Positions 9,994-19,000 of a DNA stretch of 64,000 bases are shown here, one piece after another (within the stretch, counting starts at the first letter, position 1; each line of letters starts with the position of its first letter). The position numbers and the translations under genes were made by a program. The stretch spans positions 391,991 to 455,990 of the forward strand of contig CBDCUP010000009.1 in assembly GCA_965222655.1 (NCBI GenBank), written 5' to 3'. The notes below the pieces were generated by a model, which ran no database searches, was not told the DNA's origin, and worked only from the letters and a program-made list of their open reading frames with translations. The DNA comes from Acidobacteriota bacterium. GTDB taxonomy: Bacteria; Acidobacteriota; UBA6911; RPQK01; JAJDTT01.

Positions 9994-10629
9994 TCAATTA
10001 GCAGGTTCCGTCACAGCATCGTCGAAAACCATGATCAGGTCCTGTTGGCCTCGCCCGGGGAGCCAGGAGTGTTTGCTGGCGTCCACATGCAAGAGGATCC
10101 CGGGCAAAAGGGGCCGCCTGGGCCGCCGTTTGCGGTGCTTGCCTCGCTTGGAGGCCTTCTTGACTAAGCCGGCCTCTTGCAGGGCTTTCTTGACCCAACT
10201 GTAGCTCAAGTGAATATCGTGCTCGTGGTGGAGCTTGTCCACGAAATGCCTGACGTTGAAGTCAAAGTACTTGTCGCGATAAAGCTCAAGCACCTTCTCC
10301 ACGGTTTTCAGTGGAACGCGCTTGGGACTGGGGCGTTTCAATCACCGGTCGTATAGGCCATCGTAGCCGTACTTCTCATAACGGTGTCTCCAACGCCTCA
10401 TCGTTCGCGGTGAGACCCCAATGATCTCGGCTGCCTGAATCCAGGTAATCTGTTTACTCATGGCTCTTAGAATCACTTCTTGAATCTTCATTGCCCGTCT
10501 CCTTGCTCGGGCCGGGTAAACTCTTCCGGAGAATGCCTCAACTCGTCCCTCCTTTCTAAGCTGAGGCCTCATCCTAACCGGGCTGCTCGGACCGGACACT
10601 TCACATGCTACGACGACCGGACATTTCAC
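9994..10629 (-). pseudogene. ISNCY-like transposase N-terminal remnant with in-frame TGA (10342-10344), 3'-truncated by the ISKra4-like terminal repeat
   Basis: MKIQEVILRAMSKQITWIQAAEIIGVSPRTMRRW HTH, then YDR*LKRPSPKRVP...YFDFNVRHFVDKLHHEHDI in the same frame; ORF terminates inside the ISKra4-like IR. Confidence 0.5.
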
Positions 10630-10840
10630 ATGTTACCGACACAAGACAAGACATTTTTTCACTTGACGTCATCGGATAATTCCACAAAAATCAGAACTGC
10701 CGGATTTCTGGAGAAACCTCGGAACTAGCGGGTCAGTTAGAAGAATTGTTTCCACGATCAAGCGCTTGAGAGCTTCGGAATTGGGGCTCAATTCTTTTAC
10801 ATACGCTTGGATAACGGTGATTACATTTTGATGTTTCCTT

Positions 10841-12550
10841 ATGATCGGATTACCATCTTTTCTTATGATCACCCTTGCCTGCAAAAGGATAGCCAAGAGG
10901 CTGTGGTTTGTTCCCTTTTTAGTTTGCACCATTGTTGCCCAGGAAAATCTCACCGAGCTGTCTGAGTGCACTCTGCGGCAAGCTGAGATTTATTTAAGAG
11001 AGGGACAAGTAAACCAGGCCGAACAAGAACTACAAAAGCTGTTGGCACTCTTACCTCCTGTACACACTTCCTATCGCACAGCCGCATATCGAAATTTAGG
11101 TCTCATCTATCTTCGGCAAGAGAAAGCGGATCAAGCCATTTCTGTTTTTCAAAAGGCATTGAGCCTGGACCCCACACAAGGAGATCTTCATAACTATCTT
11201 GGTGTATCCCTCACGCACAAAGAGCGACATCAGGAGGCAATTGTCCATTTTAAGAGGGCTTACTCACTGGGCCTGAAACACGCACCAATTTTATTAGACT
11301 TAGCCCGGGCAGAATTCACTACTGGCCAAATTTCTCGGGCTTTAAAAAGAATTGATGAGATCAGGACGATCTATCCATCAGAAGCTCATATTCTCCGTGA
11401 GACCGGGCTTCTACTATTTCAGAACCTCTTTTATGAGCGGGCGCAACAGGTATTACATGCTGCTCTAATCTTGGAGCCGAGCTCTTATGAGATCGCCTTT
11501 TATCTGGCGCTCGTCAACTTTGTCATGGAAGAGTTCGTTGCTAGCAGAGAGCTTCTCGAAGAATCGGTGGAAAAAGGAATGGTATCTGTGGATCTCTACA
11601 ATCTTCTTGGCTCTGTGTACGCGAAGCTCGGGCAATTCGAAAAATCTATTGCATCATTCCAAGTTGCCATGCAGCACGATGCGGATCGAGCGGATGCTTA
11701 CCTAAACCTCGCTCTCGTCTACCTGGAGTTGAGGGAAGTCGATCAGGTGGAAGAATTACTGCAGCAGTTGATCCCGCTCGCAAATAACCGGGAACTCAAA
11801 ATTTTTTACAGCCTAACAGGTGCTTCCTGCGAGAATTTACAGCATCAGGAGCAGGAAAAGAGCTCCCTTGTACAAAGTGATCACGCCAAAGCCGACTATT
11901 ATTTGAAAGTGGCCACACTTTTTCAGGATCGATACCATTACACGACGGCACTTGAGCTATTGAAAATAGCCCGAAAGTATGAACCCTCCTCGGCGCGTAT
12001 CTCCTTTGCTCTAGGACTGAGCTGTTTCAACTTGAAACCTTGGTCTACTGGGGCTCGTGACATGTTTCAAAAAGCGGTTGAACTCCAACCCGATTTTGAT
12101 AAAGCACACTATTTTTTGGGAGAAGCTTATGCGTACTCAGGAAAGCACGTAGCGGCTACGGAGGCCTATATGAAGGCGATCGAGCTAAATCCACGATCCG
12201 CTCCTTACTATTATGGTCTTGCTAAAGTGCTGATCAAACAAAACCGGTCCGGCTTTGCTATGAACTTGCTGAGGAAAGCCGTCGAACTGAATCCAAGCCA
12301 CGCTCCATCGTACCACGAATGGGGCAGAATTTACCTCAGACTTGGCGATTACCAAAGGGCCATTGACAAGCTGGAAAAGGCCGTCAAATGTGAGCCTGAG
12401 TTCTTCACATCGTACTATCTATTAGGACGGGCGTACGATAGGATCGGACAAAGAAAAAAGGCAAAAGAGTTACTTAGAGTGTTCGAGACCAAGAAAAAAC
12501 TTGCGGGCGAGCGCCCGCATCGACGGGGGCTTACCACGGTAAGCGAATAG
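10841..12550 (+). CDS. TPR-repeat protein with N-terminal hydrophobic segment
   Basis: Multiple 34-aa TPR units (A..Y..G..Y...G....A...Y..AL.L.P); about 45% GC host-like composition. Confidence 0.8.
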   Translation: MIGLPSFLMITLACKRIAKRLWFVPFLVCTIVAQENLTELSECTLRQAEIYLREGQVNQAEQELQKLLALLPPVHTSYRTAAYRNLGLIYLRQEKADQAISVFQKALSLDPTQGDLHNYLGVSLTHKERHQEAIVHFKRAYSLGLKHAPILLDLARAEFTTGQISRALKRIDEIRTIYPSEAHILRETGLLLFQNLFYERAQQVLHAALILEPSSYEIAFYLALVNFVMEEFVASRELLEESVEKGMVSVDLYNLLGSVYAKLGQFEKSIASFQVAMQHDADRADAYLNLALVYLELREVDQVEELLQQLIPLANNRELKIFYSLTGASCENLQHQEQEKSSLVQSDHAKADYYLKVATLFQDRYHYTTALELLKIARKYEPSSARISFALGLSCFNLKPWSTGARDMFQKAVELQPDFDKAHYFLGEAYAYSGKHVAATEAYMKAIELNPRSAPYYYGLAKVLIKQNRSGFAMNLLRKAVELNPSHAPSYHEWGRIYLRLGDYQRAIDKLEKAVKCEPEFFTSYYLLGRAYDRIGQRKKAKELLRVFETKKKLAGERPHRRGLTTVSE

Positions 12551-12564
12551 CTTCCTACAAAGCC

Positions 12565-12936
12565 ATGTCTAGTCTGGATTCCGGCATGGCTTCCATTTCC
12601 ACAGTAGTGACTGTGGATTTCTTCCGGCGCCTGAGATCACACCCGCGCTCCCGTTTGCAGGAGCTTCGGTTGGTGCGTGCGGTTACTGTCGCGACCGGAG
12701 TTCTGGCCGTTTTGGTTAGTTTTTGGCTGATGGATATTCCGGAAGAGAAGCGAGGTAATATCACCGACCTGTCCTCTCGCATTGGCTTCATAATGCTTGG
12801 ACCTATGGGTGGCCTGTTTTTGGTGGTCATTGTCATCAAGGGTTGTATAGGCCCTGTCACTACTGTCCGGTTGAGGGACTCACAAAATCCTCTAAGGTAT
12901 TTTGTGTCAATAAGTTGCAGTCTAAAATGGGTGTGA
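12565..12936 (+). other. Short ORF resembling the C-terminal transmembrane helices of a solute:sodium symporter-type transporter; possibly a gene remnant
   Basis: Hydrophobic segments VTVATGVLAVLVSFWL and IGFIMLGPMGGLFLVVIVI; no upstream remainder. Confidence 0.2.
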
Positions 12937-13497
12937 GCGCTTTGAATTTTCGACCACTTATTCCGTACCAGATCCGAGCGTCAAGATCTTGAGGGATGAA
13001 GCAAGAGAAACTGTATCCCCATGTTTTGATTGTATTTACGGGCTCAGCTAACCTTGGAACAGGCGTTCATGCCCCTCCATAATCCTCACAGTATTGTGCA
13101 GGTTTCGAGCGTGACTCTATTCGAGAAAGTGACGATTTATCAACTACTTACGAGAGCTCCTTGCAGGACTCTTGTGACGCTAGCTCTAAATGATTGAATC
13201 TATGGGACTTTTGACCGGACGGTAGTGAGGCCCTGTATCAATTCTCAGTACCCTACTTGGACTAGCTGCCGCTTTCATATTGGCGCTAGGTCACCTCTTT
13301 TTGGACCTGGGTACGCACGCAGGCGGACACCTCCGCTCTTTTTCCTGGATGTGGGTCCTGCCCACTGGATGCTCGGTTTCCTCCGGATTCGGTGGCCGGT
13401 TTGCCCGGAATACGCAGTCAAGTCGAGATTGAGATTCACTCGATTCACTTTAGTCGTTGTTAATGAAGTCATGCTAAAATGAGAGTTGAAAAAACAG

Positions 13498-13814
13498 GGT
13501 CATCCGGTAAATGGGGAGGTGGAACGTGGTTCGGCGCTTTCCGGATCCCAAATCTGGTTCCCCGTTCGCTTGTCAATATAGTCGGCTGCAGTAGCAGGGG
13601 CCGTGGGAACTGTGGAAAACTCCGAGCGATATCGAACTGGGCCAGCAAGCCCGTGATACGGAGTTTTCCAAGCGCTGTGCGAACGGTGGAAAAACAACTG
13701 CGAGCACTTGCCAGTTCTCCTCCAGAACTACTTGTTTTTCCACGGTTTGCATAGTGCGGCAGTTTCCGCGGCCTGCCTTTGACTGGCGGCACCTCCCCAT
13801 TTACCGGATGAACC
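13498..13814. mobile_element. MITE copy A (317 bp) with 24-bp terminal inverted repeats
   Basis: GGTCATCCGGTAAATGGGGAGGTG...CACCTCCCCATTTACCGGATGAACC; flanked by 8-bp direct repeat AAAAAACA. Confidence 0.8.
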
Positions 13815-13886
13815 AAAAAACATCCCTCGGAGCATCCCAAACATCCCAAACAGCAGAGGACAGCAGAGGGCGGAGGATTGCCTAGC

Positions 13887-15647
13887 AGTGTACCGTTCTT
13901 TCTGTAATTTCCCGTTAGGAGGGAATTTCTCGGGATACCGAGTATTCGGTTGATGAGGAACCTGGCGCGGCTCAGGCAGAGGGAGGCCGTAGGCCGACTG
14001 GAGCCTGAGCCGCGCGGCGCTCCGCGCCGGGCCCCGTGGAAGGGGGCCAAAGGCCGTCAGCCGAAGGGTTGAGCCGTCAGAGGTCTGGGACAAGATTCTC
14101 TAAATCATTCATCCAAAATGAAAGGAGAATCCAATGGCCCCAGACCTGGAAGACAGAGTACCACGAGAGATCCTAGAGGCGTTGATCCAAGAAGGAACGG
14201 AGGCCTTTCGCAAGGTGTTGGAGAAGCTCTTGAACTTGGCCATGGGATTGGAACGGTCGGAGTTTCTGGGAGCTGAGCCCTACGAGAGAACGAACCAGCG
14301 CCGGGGCCACGCTAACGGTTACAAGGACAAGAAGATCGCCACCCGTGTGGGAGAGCTCCGACTGAAGATCCCTCAGGTGCGAGGGTTGTCGTTTTACCCC
14401 CAATCGCTGGAAAAGGGCTGCCGTTCAGAGAAGGCGCTGAAGTTGGCCGTCGCCGAGATGTATGTCATGGGCGTCTCCACGCGCAAGGTCACTGAAATCA
14501 CCGAGCAGCTGTGTGGCACGGAGATCTCCGCCAGCCAGGTCTCACGGGTCGCCTCCCTGCTGGATGAGGAGCTGGAGAAGTTCCGCAGCCGGCCGCTGGG
14601 CGGCGAGTACCCCTTCGTCTACCTGGACGCCCATTACGAGAAGGTCCGTGTCGACGGGCGGGTGCAGGACCTGGCGTTCCTGAAGGCGGTGGGAGTCCAT
14701 GCTTCGGGTCACCGTGAGGTCTTGGGTCTCAGCGCCCGGCTGAGCGAAGCGGAGGTTCACTGGAGAGCGTTTCTGGAGGATCTGGCGGGGCGAGGCCTCA
14801 AAGGAATCGAGATGCTCATCAGCGACGACCACGCCGGACTGAAGGCCGCTCGACGAGCAGTTTTTCCCGCCCTGCCCTGGCAGCGCTGCCAGTTTCATCT
14901 GAGCCAGAACGCTCAGCGTTTCGCCCGTCGGCTCGAAGAGCGGGGCAAAATTGGCCAAGCGATGCGGGACATCTTCAACAGTCCCACCCTCGAGGACGCC
15001 GAAGCCATGCTCAAACGCAAGATCAAGACGTTCACTGAAACCAACCAGGCACTGGCCCAGTGGATGGAAGACAACGTGCGCGAGGGGCTGACGGTCTACG
15101 CCTTCCCGCGCAGCCTCCACAAGAAGATCCGGACGGTCAACGGCGTGGAGAATCTCAACAAACAGATCCGGCGCCGCACGCGTGTGGTGGGAATCTTCCC
15201 CCATAGCGACTCGGCCTTGCGACTGATCTCCGCCGTCATGGCGGAGATTCACGACGAGTGGCTCACGGGCCGCTGCTATCTGAACCTGGAGAGCCGGGAA
15301 CAAAAGGAGGCATCCTAAAGAGCGTTTCCTTGAACCCAAGACCCTAAGATCAGCGAGGGTTCTCGGTAAGGGGCGGCCCGCGATCGTGGCTCTGAGGGCT
15401 TCTGACAGCGCCTCTTTTCTTGGCCAAGGAGGTGGGGGCGCCGAATCGCTCTCACGGACCGGCTGGCTGCGGGTAGTGCATGCTGCTCCGGCCTTCTCAT
15501 TTTGATAGATCTGCTGGTGCCTTAGAAAACGCGGAGATTCACAACGAGCAGCTCACGGACCAGGGCTTTCTGGACCCGAGAGCCAAGAGGGGAGGATTCT
15601 GTCCCACAACCCACCTTGAAATTACAGAAAAATTGTTACGCTGCCGA
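13887..15647 (+). mobile_element. IS256-family element (approximate bounds) with diverged partial duplicate of its 3' end
   Basis: Imperfect terminal IRs containing TTTCTGTAATTTC at about 13887-13915 and about 15615-15647; region 15525-15590 repeats the last about 70 nt of the transposase gene. Confidence 0.55.
14134..15318 (+). CDS. IS256 family (Mutator-type) transposase
   Basis: 394 aa; MYVMGVSTRKV...YLDAHYEKVR...QRCQFH...VENLNKQIRRRTRVVGIFP motifs. Confidence 0.85.
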   Translation: MAPDLEDRVPREILEALIQEGTEAFRKVLEKLLNLAMGLERSEFLGAEPYERTNQRRGHANGYKDKKIATRVGELRLKIPQVRGLSFYPQSLEKGCRSEKALKLAVAEMYVMGVSTRKVTEITEQLCGTEISASQVSRVASLLDEELEKFRSRPLGGEYPFVYLDAHYEKVRVDGRVQDLAFLKAVGVHASGHREVLGLSARLSEAEVHWRAFLEDLAGRGLKGIEMLISDDHAGLKAARRAVFPALPWQRCQFHLSQNAQRFARRLEERGKIGQAMRDIFNSPTLEDAEAMLKRKIKTFTETNQALAQWMEDNVREGLTVYAFPRSLHKKIRTVNGVENLNKQIRRRTRVVGIFPHSDSALRLISAVMAEIHDEWLTGRCYLNLESREQKEAS

Positions 15648-15689
15648 TTGCCTTCGACTTTACACGCATGTTATGCTTCTAGCGAATCA

Positions 15690-17279
15690 ATGTCTGGTGG
15701 CCAGTGTATCGCCCTTCTGTACATATTTACATCGTTCTCGATCTTCTTACCTGAAGAAGATCGAGATAAGCAGGAGAAAATGCGGCGTGAGGAGGCGGCG
15801 AATCACTACGAGAATTGGCTCAAGACGGATGTCGTCTACATCATAACAGATGAAGAGCGGGCCGTCTTTAACAAGCTGAGTACAGACGAAGAAAGGGATG
15901 CTTTCATTGAACAGTTCTGGCGTCGCCGTGATCCGGACCCGGGTACCTTCAACGAATTCAAGGAGGAGCATTATCGGCGTATAGCGTACGCGAACGAGCA
16001 TTTCACGTCAGGAATTGAGGGCTGGGCGACAGACCGCGGACGCGTTTACATTAGGTTTGGTCGCCCGACGAGTATTGAAGATCACTTGGGAGGACCTTAT
16101 CGCCGTCGGCCGGAAGAAGGGGGGGGGGTCACCAGCACTTATGCTTTCCAGCGCTGGTTTTATAACTACATTCCGGGCGTGGGTTCTGGCATTGAAATTG
16201 AGTTCGTAGATAGCAGCAAAACTGGTGAATATCGGATCGCTCTTCGCCCTTCCGAAAAGGACGCCCTCTGGATGAGTGGCGGGGGGTTTACCACCCACGA
16301 ACGATTGGGACAGGCGTCTCGAGAACGGCTCGTAACCTCTGACCTGCTCATGCGTAACTTAGGGCTTCCCGGCGAGGCGAATTTCTCACGTGGGTCGCGA
16401 CTTTTTGACCGGCTTCGTGAGTATTTTGCACTGGCCAAGCCACCGGAACTGAAGTTCAAGGATTTGCGCACGCAAGTCGACACGCGAACCATCTACAATC
16501 CAATACCGCTCAAGGTGTCCGCCGGTGCCTACCGGGTCGCCGACAATGCGTTGCTTGTGCCCCTGACGATTGAAATTCCCGCACGCGAACTAACTTATAA
16601 ACCATTTGGGAGTTCTGTTCGACGTGCCGTGATTGCTCTGTACGGTAAGGTGGAAGACCTAGTCGGCAGGACGGTATACGAATTTGAGGATCTGCTTGCG
16701 GCCGACAGTACCAGTCACGCCTCCCTGAAAGACGGTACCCACTTTCTTTACCAGAAGCAGTTGCCATTGGGACCGGGCAGATATAAGGTGACCATCGTTG
16801 CGCAAGAACAGGATACTAAGCGTATCGCGAGCACGACCGTTTCGGTTCTCGCTCCTGCTGTCGAAGTGAACGTCTTGGACACAAGCCCACTGGTTCTGGC
16901 TAACAGATTTACCTCATCCTCTCCGAGCCAGACGCTTTCCGATCCTTTTGTTACGCCCAGTGGACTCAAAGTGTATCCCAATGTCACCGGTGAGTTTGCC
17001 GCAGAGTCGACGCTCCATTTCTATGTCGAAGTGTACGAGGTTGCGGTTGATCAGGCGAGCCAGCGTCCCGCCGTAGAAGCTCTACTCACTCTTTCTTGTG
17101 AGGGGAAACCGCTTAGAACGGAAGAGCCTAAGTTACTGCAACTGGCCGATCGAATTGTATTGCTTAGAAAGCTCGATCTAAAGGGGTTGCCTACAGGCTC
17201 ATTCCAACTGATTTTGCAGTTACATGACCGCATCTCGGGGCAGCGCCGGGTCAGACACGCAGCCTTCAAGGTTAAATAG
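15690..17279 (+). CDS. GWxTD domain-containing protein
   Basis: EGWATDRGRVYIRFGRP GWxTD signature; start chosen at first ATG downstream of IS256 right end, 5' end may have been altered by the IS. Confidence 0.65.
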   Translation: MSGGQCIALLYIFTSFSIFLPEEDRDKQEKMRREEAANHYENWLKTDVVYIITDEERAVFNKLSTDEERDAFIEQFWRRRDPDPGTFNEFKEEHYRRIAYANEHFTSGIEGWATDRGRVYIRFGRPTSIEDHLGGPYRRRPEEGGGVTSTYAFQRWFYNYIPGVGSGIEIEFVDSSKTGEYRIALRPSEKDALWMSGGGFTTHERLGQASRERLVTSDLLMRNLGLPGEANFSRGSRLFDRLREYFALAKPPELKFKDLRTQVDTRTIYNPIPLKVSAGAYRVADNALLVPLTIEIPARELTYKPFGSSVRRAVIALYGKVEDLVGRTVYEFEDLLAADSTSHASLKDGTHFLYQKQLPLGPGRYKVTIVAQEQDTKRIASTTVSVLAPAVEVNVLDTSPLVLANRFTSSSPSQTLSDPFVTPSGLKVYPNVTGEFAAESTLHFYVEVYEVAVDQASQRPAVEALLTLSCEGKPLRTEEPKLLQLADRIVLLRKLDLKGLPTGSFQLILQLHDRISGQRRVRHAAFKVK

Positions 17280-17311
17280 ACTGAGCTGATCAAGACCGTC
17301 ACGAGAGGCTT

Positions 17312-18883
17312 TTATCTAAATTGCAATGAGTAAAGTTTGGTCCGTTTGAGCAGAAATTTCAGACGGACAGGCTGCCTAATTAGTTCTGGAAGACTTGTCT
17401 TTCCTTGCCAGCTCACCGTATGGTGAATCGAGTTACCTGAGAAAGGATCACAAGCCGAGGCCTCGTAACCTGGAATCACCCTCCCTTCGCGGTCCTGCAG
17501 TTCAACTCGGACATAACCGGCTTTAGAAGCGAATTGCGAATCAGCATTGATGATGATCAGCCTTTCACCATCAAACACGAGGGGCTTGGTCAGCAGCATT
17601 CCCTCTGTTGCACCCGAATCAATCGATACGAATCCGTCTAGGCGAAGCTTGCCAAGACCAATGGCGACAAGTCTCTTTTGCCCATCAAAAGTCTGTCCTA
17701 GCGTTTCTAACGACTCGAAAGTATGTCGAACGTTCATTCCTGTGTAGTAAATCCAGATCTCATTGCCAACAACAACCGGAGCTGTTGGGTAAATCTGGGC
17801 TTCATCCCAACTGCCCTTAATGCCAACACCCAGAAAAGTCCGTCTGTCCCCTGCGCGTTCCCACCGGTGTCCATCACGGCTAAAGGCTAGCTGGACGTCC
17901 ATGCGCTGTTGTAAGCCGGTCAGTTGATCATCGGTGATCGTTTTGTCTTTGGGCCACGGCCAAGGCGGGTCATTGTGATAGATCCAAAGGAGGCCAACGT
18001 AGGTACCTTGGTAGGCCGAAACTGACATGGAATACAGTTCCATGTCTTTTGAGTCCTGCTCATCCGGGCGCAGCACTATCTCAGGAAGGGACCAGTTAAC
18101 GAAGTCATCACTCTCCGATCGACCGATCGTTCGTCGCCCGGCTCCCTCAACGGGGCCCGGCCCCTTGCCTCTGACTATCGTCCTACCAGGCCGTGGGTAC
18201 GCCACATAATTTCGATGCCGTGGGTCCCAACCCAGCAAAGTGTGGGTATCTCCAACAATACCGCCGGCAGCACTCAAGTGGGGGTTCTTGGGATGAGGAG
18301 CCCAGTGAATTCCGTCAGGGGAAAAGGCAACACAAAACCCCCGCTCCTTATTTTCCGATCCCTCGTCATAATAGACCGCCTTATAGCGCCTTGAAGGATC
18401 GGGATCGCGGAGATCTTTGATGATGTTTGGCCCGGCGATGTAGCGATTGCCAAAAAGCACAATGTTGTTGTCCTTCGAGCCTTCGTACTCTATGAGGCCG
18501 ATGGTAGGCCTCGTCCATCGAATCCCGTCTTTCGAAGTGGCATAGCACAAGGTGTATTCCGAACCCCGCTGGGACATCCGGAACGTTTCGTACCACATCT
18601 TGAACATCTGTTCCTGATCGTCAAAGAGGGGAGGGCCCTGCCCCGCTTGGATCGCAAAGTATTCCCAGGGCATTTCTGCCTTCAGAATCGGATTGAGAGG
18701 GTATTTCTCAGCGGGATTGAGCACCCGGCGAAGATTCTGCATCTCATCAACGAGATGATTATCAATGAAGACTTGACGGTGCTCGGAAATCGAAATAGGT
18801 TCCCTAGAAGTCGGGGAAGGTTTTGAGGCGAGAGAAGCTTGCAGCATCGCCAAAAATAGCGAAAGCAGCAAGAGATTTGACAT
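17312..18883 (-). CDS. Secreted beta-propeller glycoside-hydrolase-like protein (GH43/GH32/GH117-like fold; family not assignable by eye)
   Basis: Signal peptide MSNLLLLSLFLAMLQASLA; repeated aromatic/Asp-rich blades (WYETF, GIHW, GLLWIYH, EIWIYYTG). Confidence 0.5.
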   Translation of the reverse strand: MSNLLLLSLFLAMLQASLASKPSPTSREPISISEHRQVFIDNHLVDEMQNLRRVLNPAEKYPLNPILKAEMPWEYFAIQAGQGPPLFDDQEQMFKMWYETFRMSQRGSEYTLCYATSKDGIRWTRPTIGLIEYEGSKDNNIVLFGNRYIAGPNIIKDLRDPDPSRRYKAVYYDEGSENKERGFCVAFSPDGIHWAPHPKNPHLSAAGGIVGDTHTLLGWDPRHRNYVAYPRPGRTIVRGKGPGPVEGAGRRTIGRSESDDFVNWSLPEIVLRPDEQDSKDMELYSMSVSAYQGTYVGLLWIYHNDPPWPWPKDKTITDDQLTGLQQRMDVQLAFSRDGHRWERAGDRRTFLGVGIKGSWDEAQIYPTAPVVVGNEIWIYYTGMNVRHTFESLETLGQTFDGQKRLVAIGLGKLRLDGFVSIDSGATEGMLLTKPLVFDGERLIIINADSQFASKAGYVRVELQDREGRVIPGYEASACDPFSGNSIHHTVSWQGKTSLPELIRQPVRLKFLLKRTKLYSLQFR

Positions 18884-19000
18884 TCATTTGAATTGTAATC
18901 ACTCTACCCTTCAAGCTACGACGAGAGGAACACGACCGGGCTTCCAGCCGTGTTCCTCTCGAAGTTTCGCCGAAGGGCGATGATCAACGGGTCACGTCGC

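Larger units (their letters stand above)
7089..10003 (-). mobile_element. ISKra4-like element (about 2.9 kb) with DUF4338-like ORF plus transposase
   Basis: Terminal inverted repeats sharing TCTAAAAGAGCCGCACCCAA at about 7089-7119 and about 9973-10003; exact termini and TSD not resolved. Confidence 0.6.

Noticed and set aside
3504-10344. Possibility that TGA is a sense codon (genetic code 4 or 25)
   Set aside because: Well-conserved genes in the window terminate at TGA at their expected C-termini: the TonB-receptor-like gene at 19001, plus virB10, virD4 and virB11. The in-frame TGAs are confined to decayed IS genes.
12937-13497. About 560 bp non-coding stretch upstream of MITE copy A searched for RNA genes or a promoter cluster
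   Set aside because: No tRNA-like cloverleaf, no rRNA signature, no convincing ORF; likely degraded intergenic or IS-flanking DNA.
13500-13697. Recurrent small ORFs MFFHRSHSAWKTPYHGLAGPV... appearing three times
   Set aside because: They are translations of the MITE interior in both orientations, not a conserved protein family; no RBS or consistent start/stop.
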